The position numbers and the translations under genes are program-made. Below the pieces are notes generated by a model. The model had not been told where the DNA came from. It did no database searches and worked only from the letters and a program-made list of their open reading frames with translations. Source: Candidatus Aenigmatarchaeota archaeon (GTDB taxonomy: Archaea; Aenigmatarchaeota; Aenigmatarchaeia; JACPZZ01). From it: 64,000 nucleotides of DNA. Positions 1-9,262 of the stretch are shown in pieces. Position 1 is the first letter of the stretch, and the number at the start of each line of letters is the position of its first letter. Where the stretch lies: positions 109,860 through 173,859 of the forward strand of contig JACPAF010000001.1 of NCBI GenBank assembly GCA_016180965.1, in the 5' to 3' direction.

Positions 1-213
1 TTACACTGGATTAAAGAGGGTCTCAGCAAGGTGGGTGCGAACGGTAAGATCGAAGACGATGAACAGCACACAATAATAGCGAAAAAGATCATTGAGCTTG
101 AAAACCGCGTTAACCGCGTTTCCAAGGCTTTAACTGCGGAGATTGTTGATATTAAATCGAAACAAAGCGATTCGGATTTTATCGAGATAAAGGAAGACCA
201 AAAGACCGAATAA
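1..213 (+). CDS. C-terminal fragment of a hypothetical coiled-coil protein (open from the window edge)
   Basis: Frame 1 is open from base 1 (LHWIKEGLSK precedes the GTG at 31). The sequence looks helical and charged. No family recognised. Confidence 0.35.
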   Translation, partial: LHWIKEGLSKVGANGKIEDDEQHTIIAKKIIELENRVNRVSKALTAEIVDIKSKQSDSDFIEIKEDQKTE

Positions 214-298
214 CCTATTTAAACGTAACGGCTCAAATTAGTTTGATAATAATCAAACCCATCAACTGTTTGATTACCGCTTTGGCGGGAGGGTTAAT

Positions 299-943
299 AT
301 GCTTGACAAAAACACGTTATCTGAAGCTTTGAAAAAAGCTAGAGAGTCTGCCAAGGGCAAGAAATTCACCCAGTCGTGGGACCTTTCCATTTCGCTGAAG
401 GAAATGGACATGAAAAAGCCCGAGAGCAGGATATCAGAGGATTTCGTTTTACCTAACGGGCCTGGAAAAAATTTGAAAGTCGCTGTCATATCTGATACAA
501 TAACGTCGAAAGTTACGGGCATCGCGGATTCTGTGATAACCAAGGACCAATTAGCCACGATAGGGCAGAACAAAAAAACATTGAAAGGGCTGGCGGCAAA
601 CACGGATTTTTTCCTGTCTGAAATTTCTCTGATGCCTGTTGTAGGCAAGCAGATGGGTTCGGTGTTGGCTCCGAGAGGAAAGATGCCCAAGCCAATCCCG
701 CCGAACGTGGATGTGAAGACTGTAATAGAACGCACAAAAAAATCTGTGCGCATAAAATTGAAAGATTCTCCCGTCGTTAATGTTATCATAGGAAATGAAA
801 AAATGGATGATGCGAAAGTTATTGAAAACATAGACGCGGTCGTGGAGTTTTTGGAAAGGAAATTGCCCAAGGGGCGCGACAACCTGAAAAACGTCGCGAT
901 AAAACTCACCATGGGCAAACCTGAAAAAATTAAGGTGGTTTAA
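299..943 (+). CDS. rpl1: 50S ribosomal protein uL1
   Basis: 214 aa. Typical archaeal L1 pattern (FTQSWDLSISLK...DFVLPNGPGK...GSVLAPRGKMPKP). The stop overlaps the next start as TAATG. Confidence 0.95.
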   Translation: MLDKNTLSEALKKARESAKGKKFTQSWDLSISLKEMDMKKPESRISEDFVLPNGPGKNLKVAVISDTITSKVTGIADSVITKDQLATIGQNKKTLKGLAANTDFFLSEISLMPVVGKQMGSVLAPRGKMPKPIPPNVDVKTVIERTKKSVRIKLKDSPVVNVIIGNEKMDDAKVIENIDAVVEFLERKLPKGRDNLKNVAIKLTMGKPEKIKVV

Positions 944-1779
944 TGGTCAACCAGCAAAAATCTCAGACTGTGGACGAATTGAAGAGACTTGTTGATTCTT
1001 ACAGTGTTGTCGGTGTGCTAAACATGCACAAGATGCCGTCTAAACAGCTGTTTGACATACGCAACGCATTGCACGGCGAAGCAAAAATAAGAATGGCAAA
1101 ATCTTCCCTGATAAAACGCGCTTTCGAAGCTTCCAATAAAAAAGGATTAAAAGACCTTGAAAAAAACATTACCGGCGAAGTTGCTCTGATATTCACCAAT
1201 TCAAACCCATTCAAATTGTATAATTTTTTGGAAAAAAACAAACAGCCGGCTGCTGCGAAACCGGGCGACATTACGCCTGTTGAGATTGTCATCCCGGCAG
1301 GCCCGACGCAATTCGCCGCAGGCCCGGTGATAAGCGAATTCCAGAAAGCGAAAGTTAAAACGACGGTTGAAAATGGTAAAATTACAGTCAAAGAGGACAC
1401 GGTTGTTGCGAAAGCCGGGACCCAATTGACGAAAGAATTAACGGAATTCATAATGAAATTCGGGATTGAGCCGATGAAGATCGGCTTGGATCTGGTATCG
1501 ATGCTTGACAACGGAACTGTGTTCGGCAAAGATGTCCTTGGAGTCCCGACGGAAGAATATCTGAACAACATGGTAACGAGCTATTACAAGGCTTTGAACC
1601 TTTCAGTCAATGTCGGATACACGAACAAGGATTCGGTAAAGGTTATGATTGCAAACGCTTTCCGCAACGCGAAATACGTGGCAATCGAACACAGCGTCTA
1701 CGAAAAAGAAATAATCGGCAACATAATGGCAAAATACAGGAATGTTGCGGAAAATATGAAACAAAAGTTAAATGTTTAA
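943..1779 (+). CDS. rplP0: Ribosomal stalk protein P0 (uL10), short form ending at an in-frame TAA
   Basis: The N-terminal and spine-helix regions align to archaeal P0 (KIRMAKSSLIKRA, NPFKLYNFLEKNK, GPVISEFQKAKV, MKIGLDL). It ends at 278 aa without the conserved acidic/hydrophobic tail. Confidence 0.9.
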   Translation: MVNQQKSQTVDELKRLVDSYSVVGVLNMHKMPSKQLFDIRNALHGEAKIRMAKSSLIKRAFEASNKKGLKDLEKNITGEVALIFTNSNPFKLYNFLEKNKQPAAAKPGDITPVEIVIPAGPTQFAAGPVISEFQKAKVKTTVENGKITVKEDTVVAKAGTQLTKELTEFIMKFGIEPMKIGLDLVSMLDNGTVFGKDVLGVPTEEYLNNMVTSYYKALNLSVNVGYTNKDSVKVMIANAFRNAKYVAIEHSVYEKEIIGNIMAKYRNVAENMKQKLNV

Positions 1780-1788
1780 CGTGATAAG

Positions 1789-2010
1789 ATGCAGATAAAC
1801 AATTTGCAGCGCATGGTCGAAAGTTTGCAAATAAACGACGCTGAGTCGGCTGCGAAGATAAAAGCGCTGGCAAATGAGATGGGAAAAAACCAGGATGAAA
1901 AAATTATAACGGAACTGGTTGTCATGCTGTTCAGGGTGGCTTCGGCTAACAAAATTGAGCTGGAACCCGCCCTTTACAAAAAAATAGATGAAATTAGAAA
2001 AGGAGTTTGA
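1789..2010 (+). CDS. 73-aa helical ORF in the same frame as P0; possible detached P0 C-terminal portion
   Basis: 1789-943 is divisible by 3. Only TAA plus three codons (CGT GAT AAG) separate it from P0. It sits tightly inside the stalk operon, ending 5 nt before the P1 ATG. Confidence 0.45.
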   Translation: MQINNLQRMVESLQINDAESAAKIKALANEMGKNQDEKIITELVVMLFRVASANKIELEPALYKKIDEIRKGV

Positions 2011-2015
2011 GAAGA

Positions 2016-2321
2016 ATGGAATATATGTACAGTGCTTTACTGCTCCATTCGGCAGGCAAGCAGGTAAATGAAGAGAATTTGAAAAAGGTCGTCGAGGCCG
2101 CTGGTTCCAAGCCCGATGAAGCCAAGATAAAGGCTTTGGTCGCAGCTTTGGAAGGCGTCAACATAGACGAAGAGCTCAAGAAAGCATCGGCTCCGATAGC
2201 TGTAGCAGCAGCTCCTGTCGCGTCTCATAGCGAAGTTAAGAAAGAGGAGAAACCGACAGAAGAAGACACTGCGCAGAAGGCTGCAGAGGCCGCGGCAGGT
2301 TTGTCAGCTCTATTTGGTTAA
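2016..2321 (+). CDS. rpl12: Ribosomal stalk protein P1 (aL12)
   Basis: [16 protein letters not shown]-terminus, Ala/Glu/Lys hinge, and the conserved C-terminal GLSALFG tail. Confidence 0.9.
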   Translation: MEYMYSALLLHSAGKQVNEENLKKVVEAAGSKPDEAKIKALVAALEGVNIDEELKKASAPIAVAAAPVASHSEVKKEEKPTEEDTAQKAAEAAAGLSALFG

Positions 2322-2325
2322 AAGC

Positions 2326-2341
2326 TTTTGTTTTTTCTTTT
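2326..2341 (+). terminator. Oligo-T tract after the stalk operon (candidate archaeal terminator)
   Basis: TTTTGTTTTTTCTTTT starts 5 nt after the P1 stop. A second T7 run lies at 2355-2361. Confidence 0.4.
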
Positions 2342-2409
2342 AACCAAATCCCGATTTTTTTAGTGGTAGGATTATTTTTATAATTTAGAAAAGTATTTTT
2401 TAATTTTAG

Positions 2410-2823
2410 TTAGCGCTTCATCAAGAAGCCCATCGAAGAGGCTATTTCGCTTACTGCCTCCCTCAACATCTCAGCATAGTCATCTTCTCCGGTTGAATAA
2501 AGATCCGCGGTGTCTAGGCGCGCGCTGCGTGCATTGAAATCGACTTCCAACATAGGTTCGACGCCTTCGTATTTGTCCACGCCGTAGTTTTTGATTGTGA
2601 TTATTACGCCTTTCAACGGAAGCCCGTCCATGGGCTGGATTTTCCTGCCGTCCATCGCGGTGACGCGCACCACACGCGTGCCGTGCAAATCTTCAGTCAG
2701 GTCTACGGCAGCTTCGGAATAGACTGGCACGCCAAAATCCCATATGTTTGCTTCGTAAACTATGCCTTTCGCTTTCATTCCGCGTTCCAAATCGTTGAAA
2801 TACTCCATTGCGCCTTTTTGCAT
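2410..2823 (-). CDS. Hypothetical protein (137 aa)
   Basis: Clean ORF with no competing frame. No motif recognised. Confidence 0.6.
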   Translation of the reverse strand: MQKGAMEYFNDLERGMKAKGIVYEANIWDFGVPVYSEAAVDLTEDLHGTRVVRVTAMDGRKIQPMDGLPLKGVIITIKNYGVDKYEGVEPMLEVDFNARSARLDTADLYSTGEDDYAEMLREAVSEIASSMGFLMKR

Positions 2824-2895
2824 GACGATATTGATAAGAACCAGGAGATTTAAAGTCGAATGGAGTTTAAATTTTCTTCCAACAAATAACTTTGT

Positions 2896-4023
2896 ATGAA
2901 GGCTGCAACTATCGCGAACTGGGAAAGCAAAATTCGCCCTTTCGTGTCGAGGCTGCCTCCGAAAAATGTCATTGCAAGATATTCCGCCGGGCGCTTGGAT
3001 TTTTTGGATAAACTAAAACACGAAGTTCCTTCGGAGAGTTATGCTCCGCCGGAAGGATATTCAAGAGTTTTATGGGGAATCAAATTCCGTTCGCCAATAA
3101 TGAATTCTGCCGGAATGTTCAAAAACGGAGAATGTTACGAGATGGTTGCGGGCCAAGGGGCGGGCGGTTATATAGGCGGAACTGATACAGGAATTCCGAG
3201 ACGCGGAAACGAAAAGGACGGCGTGTATTTGCCGTTTGTTCCATATTCCAGATCCCATTCTGCGTCAAACTGGCTGGGATTGCCAAATGAAGGCGATGAA
3301 GTGAATTCCGAACGGGCACGTGTTTTGCGAAGGGCCGACGGATGCCCGGTCGGCTGGAGCGTTATGGGATCGCCTGATCTTCAGGGGAGAGAAAAATTAC
3401 AGAGACTCGTGAAGAGTATGCGTTCGTACGAAAGCGCGGGCGTTGACTTTCTTGAAATGAATGAGAGCTGTCCAAACACAGAGAACGGAAGACCGCAGGA
3501 CAATGATTTGGCAAACCGCCTGCGTTTTGTAAAAGAAAACTTCCTTGACCATAGAATGAGACGGTTGCCTGTTGTTGTTAAGTTTTCCGTAGACGCCCAG
3601 CCGCAGCAGGTTCCTCCGTTGATGGATTTGCTTTTTGAACTTGGTTTTGACGGTGTGAATTTCGGAAACACTTCCACACAGTACGCGAAAAGGCGGGAAG
3701 CTATACATCCAAGCGAACGCAGACTTTTCGATTTTTACACGGTTGACCAAAGATTCGGCGTCGGAGGCGGCGTGAGCGGGAGACCTCTGAAAGAAGATTC
3801 GCTTGCACTTGCTGGCGCGGCGGTAAAATATCTAAGGGCAGGCGCGCCTCAGCAGGAGTTTCATGTTATCAGGACAGGCGGAATAGAAAGCTTAGGAGAT
3901 ATCGAAGACTCGACGCGGGCCGGTGTTTCTTTAAATCAATGGTACACAGGATATTTTGAGCAATTTGCCCAACACGGACACGATGTTTACGCAGAATTGT
4001 TTGCTGACGCCAAATCAATATGA
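2896..4023 (+). CDS. Dihydroorotate dehydrogenase-like (PyrD family) TIM-barrel flavoenzyme
   Basis: NSAGMFKNGE, NWLGLPNEG, LEMNESCPNT, VVVKFSVD, GVNFGNTS, GGVSGRPL, IRTGGI and NQWYTGYF follow the order of DHODH signature blocks. Confidence 0.7.
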   Translation: MKAATIANWESKIRPFVSRLPPKNVIARYSAGRLDFLDKLKHEVPSESYAPPEGYSRVLWGIKFRSPIMNSAGMFKNGECYEMVAGQGAGGYIGGTDTGIPRRGNEKDGVYLPFVPYSRSHSASNWLGLPNEGDEVNSERARVLRRADGCPVGWSVMGSPDLQGREKLQRLVKSMRSYESAGVDFLEMNESCPNTENGRPQDNDLANRLRFVKENFLDHRMRRLPVVVKFSVDAQPQQVPPLMDLLFELGFDGVNFGNTSTQYAKRREAIHPSERRLFDFYTVDQRFGVGGGVSGRPLKEDSLALAGAAVKYLRAGAPQQEFHVIRTGGIESLGDIEDSTRAGVSLNQWYTGYFEQFAQHGHDVYAELFADAKSI

Positions 4024-4049
4024 TAAACATCAAAGACTAAATTCGTTGT

Positions 4050-4493
4050 ATGAAACGTGTGCGCAAAGTTGCTATCGGGGTCGTTTTCCGCAAATTCCCG
4101 GAAGGAATAAAATTTATTCTGCTTAGGCGCCGCTACGGAAAAAATTGGTGGGAGTTTCCGAAAGGCGGTGTTGAACTGGGAGAGACGGTTAAACAAGCTG
4201 CGATACGCGAGGTCAGCGAGGAAACTGGTTTGAAACGGCTAAAAGTTGTTAAACGGATCAACGGCGCGATCATATATAATTACCCGAAAGAGTATGCTAG
4301 AAAACACGGATATGCAGGCACGGAGCAGAAAGCGTTTTTGATAGAATCCTTAGGCGGCGATGTGCGCTTGGAAACACACTCCTTCAACAAATTCGCCTGG
4401 TTAAGCGGGAAAGATGCGATAAAGAGGCTAAAATGGGACAATCAACGTAACCTGCTTCGACGGATATTAAAAGGTAGGTCCGCGAAAAAATAG
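4050..4493 (+). CDS. NUDIX hydrolase
   Basis: Nudix box GGVELGETVKQAAIREVSEETGL. Confidence 0.85.
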   Translation: MKRVRKVAIGVVFRKFPEGIKFILLRRRYGKNWWEFPKGGVELGETVKQAAIREVSEETGLKRLKVVKRINGAIIYNYPKEYARKHGYAGTEQKAFLIESLGGDVRLETHSFNKFAWLSGKDAIKRLKWDNQRNLLRRILKGRSAKK

Positions 4494-4497
4494 TTTA

Positions 4498-4842
4498 ATG
4501 AAGATACCAAGTTATACGCCTCAGCTGGTTGTCGAAGCCGCTGTTTTGGGAGATTTGAAAGGCACTTCTTACAAACCAAAATATGCCGCTGGCTATCCGC
4601 AGCAAAAATCCAGGCACATTTACACGCCAGAAGGATCGTATTCCACAAGGGGAATTTACAATCTGCTTCGCTCCCTTTACAGGCGCAGCAGGATAGGGCC
4701 CAGAAGAAGAAATAGAAAAGCAAACTGCTTTTATTGCGGAGGCAAGTCTTCGCCCATTCCGATAACTCCCACTGCGCTTAGCAGACTAACCGCTAACCAG
4801 AAACCGCTCACGCCCCACTGCCCGAACTGCGCGGCCGCTTAA
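4498..4842 (+). CDS. Basic zinc-ribbon protein (paralog 1)
   Basis: Arg/Lys-rich, with CFYCGG...ALSRL...HCPNCA (CxxC...CxxC). It resembles the next ORF. Confidence 0.45.
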   Translation: MKIPSYTPQLVVEAAVLGDLKGTSYKPKYAAGYPQQKSRHIYTPEGSYSTRGIYNLLRSLYRRSRIGPRRRNRKANCFYCGGKSSPIPITPTALSRLTANQKPLTPHCPNCAAA

Positions 4843-4873
4843 GGATTTTAGTCTTGTTGATGTATAGGTTGTT

Positions 4874-5221
4874 ATGGGCCTGGCTTATTCTTCGGAAGAA
4901 AAGAAAAACGAAAAAAATTACGTCACGCCCCAGGACAAGGAAAATGTGTTGGTCGGCAGCCTGATGTCCCGCACAAACGGGTATAAAATTGCAATAGGCT
5001 ACAGAAAAGCGAAAACGCGGGCTCCCAGAAAACTCAACGTTTACGGCAAAAAACCAAAGCGCACATTCGTTCCAACACAATGCAAGTTCTGCGGTGCGGA
5101 AGTTTCCTACGGTTCGATATCCAAATCGCGCCTGCGCGCTGCGGGTTCGACGTGGATAGACACGTGTGATTCCTGTGCAGTTACGCCTGATGTGGCGCAG
5201 GAAGTTAAGATTTACGTTTGA
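4874..5221 (+). CDS. Basic zinc-ribbon protein (paralog 2)
   Basis: CKFCGA...KSRL...TCDSCA has the same arrangement as the preceding ORF. Confidence 0.5.
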   Translation: MGLAYSSEEKKNEKNYVTPQDKENVLVGSLMSRTNGYKIAIGYRKAKTRAPRKLNVYGKKPKRTFVPTQCKFCGAEVSYGSISKSRLRAAGSTWIDTCDSCAVTPDVAQEVKIYV

Positions 5222-5243
5222 CAAAAATATCCATGGTGCGACA

Positions 5244-7913
5244 ATGCTAACGAAAGAAAAACTGGTCAAGGAGTTCCAGAAGACGCCTTCTAAGTACTGG
5301 AAAGTTGGCATGTTCGAAGACGAAGGCTTCACTAGGAAACAATGCCCGAAATGCAAGAAGTTTTTCTGGTCGATTTCAAAAACAACGTGCGGCGACACTT
5401 CGTGCGAGGATTACGGATTTATCGCGAATTCTATAACTAAAAAAAGATTCGGTTACATAGAAATGTGGAAGGAATTTGAAAAATTCTTCGGTAAGAACAA
5501 ACACCACTCGATGCCTAGATATCCTGTCGTATCGCGCTGGAGGCCGGATTTATTTTTCACGATAGCCAGCATACAGGACTTCCAGCGTCTTGATGCGAGC
5601 GGATTAACTTTCGAATATCCGTCGGACAAGCTGGTTGTCCCGCAAGTTTGTTTGCGTTTTCCTGATATACCCAACGTTGGAGTTACAGGCAAGCATCACA
5701 CCTCTTTCATAATGGCCGGCCAGCATGCATTTGGTTATCCGAAAACCGGCTACTGGAAAGACCGTTGCATAGAATTAAATTTTGAATTCCTCAATGGGGC
5801 GATGGGAATTAAAAAAGACGAATTAACCTATGTCGAGGATTTGTGGGCTATGCCCGACATGTCCGCGTTCGGGCCGTGCGTCGAAACGTTCTCGCGCGGG
5901 CTCGAGCTGGTCAATTCTGTGTTCATGCAATTCAGCTCTGTGAATGGGAAAAAAATTGAATTGCCCATAAAAGTCGTCGACGTTGGGTGGGGGTTGGAGC
6001 GATTAACGTGGTTCTCGCAGGGTGTGCCAACAAGTTACGATGCGACATTCGGCAAAGTTGCGGACCATTTGAAGAAACTTGTGAATTATGATGAGACACT
6101 ATTTTTTAAATACGCATCTTTCGCTGGCTCGTTGAACATAGACGAGATAAAAGATTTGCGCACTGCACGCGGGCTGATAGCTAAAAAGATAGGCGTCGAT
6201 GAAAAATTGTTGGAGAGGAAGGTCGCGCCTTTGCAGGCAATTTATTCTATCGCAGACCACACGAAAACGCTTCTATATGCGATTTCCGACGGCGGGCTGC
6301 CAAGCAACGTGGGCGGCGGCTACAATTTACGCGTTATCCTTAGACGTGCGTTGAGCTTTATCGACGAAATGGATTTGAATATAAAATTGCCGGAGGTGTG
6401 CGCGATGCACGCGGAATTTTTACAGGCACTGGATCCTAAGCTGACGGAGAATTTAAAAGACGTCGAAAAGATCATAGATTTCGAAACGGACAGGTTCGTG
6501 TCGTCGCGTTCGAAAGCTTCCAAGATCGTTGAGGTCATTGTGGACCAGAAAGTCGATATTGACGAGGACAAAATGGTGAAATTGTACGAGTCGCAGGGCG
6601 TCACGCCGGAGATGATAAAAACGCAGGCCGAACAGCGCGGTGTTGTTATAAAAATACCGGAAAATTTCTACGAGACGCTTTCGAAAAAACATATGGGCCG
6701 CAAAGACGACGAGAAGAAATTCAAATATGACCTGTCAAAATTGAAGCCGACCAAACAATTGTATTACGACGGGATAAAAAATTTCACTGCTAAGATATTG
6801 AAAATATTTGAAGGCAGCCATATTGTGCTTGATAAAACTGGTTTCTATCCCACATCAGGCGGGCAGATACACGATATTGGCAAATTAAATGGTTTCGATG
6901 TTGTGAAGGTTGAAAAATATAACAACGTAATAGTGCACACGGTAAACGGCAAATACCGCGGATCGAAGGCTGTGAAAGGCGAGATAGACTGGGACCGGAG
7001 AGAGCAGTTGATGAAAAACCACACTGCGACACACGTAGTTAATGCGGCCGCGCGCATCGTTTTAGGCAACCACGTAAACCAGGCGGGCGCTGAAAAAACC
7101 GTAGATAAGGCGCGCCTTGATATAACCCATTACAAATCCCTGTCTGACGACGAGATAAATAAAATCGAAGGGGTCGCGAATAAAATTGTTGCTGACAAAG
7201 TGCGCTTAAACAGGATGGTAATGACGCGTACGGAAGCGGAACGCGCTTACGGATCGATGATCTACCAGGGAGGCGCCGTGCCTAGTACGAATATACGCAT
7301 TGTTGAAATACCTGGATATGACGTCGAAGCTTGCGGGGGGACACATTGTGAATCGACTGCCGATGTTAAAGCTATTAAAATTCTCAAAACAGAAAGGATT
7401 CAGGACGGACTGGTTAGATTGGAATTCGCAGCGGGATCAAAGGCTTGGGACGATTTAAAAAAGAAGGAGGAACTGCTGAAAAAATCTGCCGAAGTTTTTA
7501 ATGTGACTGCGGAACAGCTGCCGTCGACCGCACAACGATTTTTCGACGAATGGAAAGACAGGGACAAGGTCATCGAAAAATTAAAATCCGAACTCGCATT
7601 TCTGAAGGCTGAGAATTTACGAGGCAAAATACGTGACAACAAACTTTACCACATACTTCCGTACAATCGCGACCAGCTAGTTGAAGTCGCGGAAGCAATG
7701 GCAACTGAACAGCCTAAATTGCTGGTTGTTCTGGCCGGCGTAAACGGCGAGATTGTGGGCAAGCGCGGCGCACAAAACGATGAAAATGTGGGTGATATCG
7801 TTTCTGAAATATGCAAAAAATGCGGCGGGTCCGGGGGCGGTTCGCTGTCGTTTGCGCAGGGGCGCGGTGAATTGGCAAAGATAAGAAGCGTGTTTGCGGA
7901 GATGGGCTTCTAA
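5244..7913 (+). CDS. alaS: Alanyl-tRNA synthetase (archaeal type)
   Basis: 889 aa from the ATG at 5244. It has the archaeal AlaRS N-terminal Cys-rich segment (CPKCKKFFWS), the editing-domain HxxxH (HTATH) with CGGTH, and a C-terminal DHHA1-like GGSGGG. Confidence 0.95.
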   Translation: MLTKEKLVKEFQKTPSKYWKVGMFEDEGFTRKQCPKCKKFFWSISKTTCGDTSCEDYGFIANSITKKRFGYIEMWKEFEKFFGKNKHHSMPRYPVVSRWRPDLFFTIASIQDFQRLDASGLTFEYPSDKLVVPQVCLRFPDIPNVGVTGKHHTSFIMAGQHAFGYPKTGYWKDRCIELNFEFLNGAMGIKKDELTYVEDLWAMPDMSAFGPCVETFSRGLELVNSVFMQFSSVNGKKIELPIKVVDVGWGLERLTWFSQGVPTSYDATFGKVADHLKKLVNYDETLFFKYASFAGSLNIDEIKDLRTARGLIAKKIGVDEKLLERKVAPLQAIYSIADHTKTLLYAISDGGLPSNVGGGYNLRVILRRALSFIDEMDLNIKLPEVCAMHAEFLQALDPKLTENLKDVEKIIDFETDRFVSSRSKASKIVEVIVDQKVDIDEDKMVKLYESQGVTPEMIKTQAEQRGVVIKIPENFYETLSKKHMGRKDDEKKFKYDLSKLKPTKQLYYDGIKNFTAKILKIFEGSHIVLDKTGFYPTSGGQIHDIGKLNGFDVVKVEKYNNVIVHTVNGKYRGSKAVKGEIDWDRREQLMKNHTATHVVNAAARIVLGNHVNQAGAEKTVDKARLDITHYKSLSDDEINKIEGVANKIVADKVRLNRMVMTRTEAERAYGSMIYQGGAVPSTNIRIVEIPGYDVEACGGTHCESTADVKAIKILKTERIQDGLVRLEFAAGSKAWDDLKKKEELLKKSAEVFNVTAEQLPSTAQRFFDEWKDRDKVIEKLKSELAFLKAENLRGKIRDNKLYHILPYNRDQLVEVAEAMATEQPKLLVVLAGVNGEIVGKRGAQNDENVGDIVSEICKKCGGSGGGSLSFAQGRGELAKIRSVFAEMGF

Positions 7914-7940
7914 ACAACCAATGGCGACCATATTAAAAAA

Positions 7941-8255
7941 TTAAAATTCACTCAATCCTTTTTTGGTTTTATCCAGTACTGTTAATTTTCCTGTTTTGGG
8001 AATCGCCAACTGGAGCGAACCGCGCCATTCCGTGACATAAGCGCCAACGACTTCTATCTCATCGCCTTCCTTCACGGAATCGATCTGCTTTTCCCACAAT
8101 GAAAGTTTTATTGAACCGGTCTTATCTTTAACCATGACATCCGCAACTAAACGACGGCCGAAGCGTGTCTGCACTTCACGCGGCTCGGATTTTTCAGCGA
8201 CTTTTGCGGTCAACGTAACGTCTTTCATTCCCATCGTTAATTCGGATATGTTCAT
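7941..8255 (-). CDS. Single OB-fold nucleic-acid-binding protein (SSB/RPA-like)
   Basis: 104 aa; the pattern VADVMVKDKTGSIKLSLWEKQIDSVKEGDEIEVVGAYVTEWRG is typical of OB folds. Confidence 0.7.
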   Translation of the reverse strand: MNISELTMGMKDVTLTAKVAEKSEPREVQTRFGRRLVADVMVKDKTGSIKLSLWEKQIDSVKEGDEIEVVGAYVTEWRGSLQLAIPKTGKLTVLDKTKKGLSEF

Positions 8256-8288
8256 AACAAAAATTCGCTTGTTAAGGATATAAAACGT

Positions 8289-8780
8289 TTATTTGGTGTT
8301 ATTCGCCGTGTTGTTAACCTGCGGTTTTATGGCGCAGCCCAGCGGCGGGTATAAAACAACAGAACAAAAACCGGCTTCTACATCCTGCTGTTGGATCGAA
8401 CCTTTCCTTGACCAAGATCCTATCTGGCTAGCCATAAACAAACGCGGCAAATCTATGTAATCTGCGCTCGAAACCTTTAGTTCGGACAGGACGATTTGGT
8501 CGTTGAACTGGGTCGCAAGCGATTCCAATGACTGCATCAATTGGCCGCAGTTTGTGCAGTTCTGCGGGTCGTATACAAAATCTATCAAAGTTTTTCCCTG
8601 GTCCACGGCAAGCGTTTGCCTTTGCGCCTGAGTGAGTGCGTAATCTATAATGTTCGTGGTTGGTAATTTTTCTTCACTTGCGGCTGGTGTGCTACTTCCC
8701 TGAAGGAACGCAAACCCCAACACAGAGATAACCATGGTCGCACCCATGAAAATGGCCATGATCAAGTTGCCTTTATTCAT
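8289..8780 (-). CDS. Membrane-anchored thioredoxin-like protein
   Basis: N-terminal TM helix, then a CTNC (CxxC) motif in a context compatible with a thioredoxin fold. Confidence 0.5.
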   Translation of the reverse strand: MNKGNLIMAIFMGATMVISVLGFAFLQGSSTPAASEEKLPTTNIIDYALTQAQRQTLAVDQGKTLIDFVYDPQNCTNCGQLMQSLESLATQFNDQIVLSELKVSSADYIDLPRLFMASQIGSWSRKGSIQQQDVEAGFCSVVLYPPLGCAIKPQVNNTANNTK

Positions 8781-8868
8781 AAAATCTGAAAGTTTGTTCG
8801 GTTTTCAATTATATCAGGGAAACTATTAAACGGATTTAAACTGAATTGGACAAATTAAATCGGATATT

Positions 8869-9030
8869 ATGGCTGAATTTAATTACACCAAAAACTGCCA
8901 GATGTGCAATCTTGTTTTTACCACAGAGTTGATGGATCGCCATTGCTGCGAATATTGCGTAACCATGCTAAAAAGGCTGCGCGATGACGGGCGGTTGTCC
9001 GATCGCTGGCAAGGCTTTTATTTAACCTAA
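8869..9030 (+). CDS. Small zinc-ribbon protein (53 aa, below the ORF-track cutoff)
   Basis: Hand-translated as MAEFNYTKNCQMCNLVFTTELMDRHCCEYCVTMLKRLRDDGRLSDRWQGFYLT, giving CxxC...CxxC. Confidence 0.35.
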   Translation: MAEFNYTKNCQMCNLVFTTELMDRHCCEYCVTMLKRLRDDGRLSDRWQGFYLT

Positions 9031-9047
9031 TATTTTCAAATTAATTC

Positions 9048-9212
9048 ATGACCATTGACGGGACAAACAAACTGCACCTGTTCGTTACAATAATTGCCGG
9101 TTTGTTCGGGCTGTACATGATAATGTTCGGGGACTTCCAGACGCGCGTAACGGGCTTTTTGATATTACTCGCAGACATAATTTTCCTGGGCAAGTTTTAC
9201 GAGAAGTTGTAA
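9048..9212 (+). CDS. Small two-TM membrane protein (54 aa, below the ORF-track cutoff)
   Basis: Hand-translated as MTIDGTNKLHLFVTIIAGLFGLYMIMFGDFQTRVTGFLILLADIIFLGKFYEKL. Confidence 0.35.
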   Translation: MTIDGTNKLHLFVTIIAGLFGLYMIMFGDFQTRVTGFLILLADIIFLGKFYEKL

Positions 9213-9262
9213 ACGATAAAAACAGATGCTTCTTTGTATGCATTTGTTTTAGTTTCTCACTC

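Noticed and set aside
274-918. Long antisense ORFs opposite strongly supported genes (for example 274-918, 999-1571, 11832-12503, 13281-14069, 14679-15155, 24684-25127, 41963-42310, 47538-48041)
   Set aside because: Each lies entirely within a gene that has clear family motifs or surface-protein character. Their translations are low-complexity or Ser/Phe/Leu-rich shadows with no motifs.
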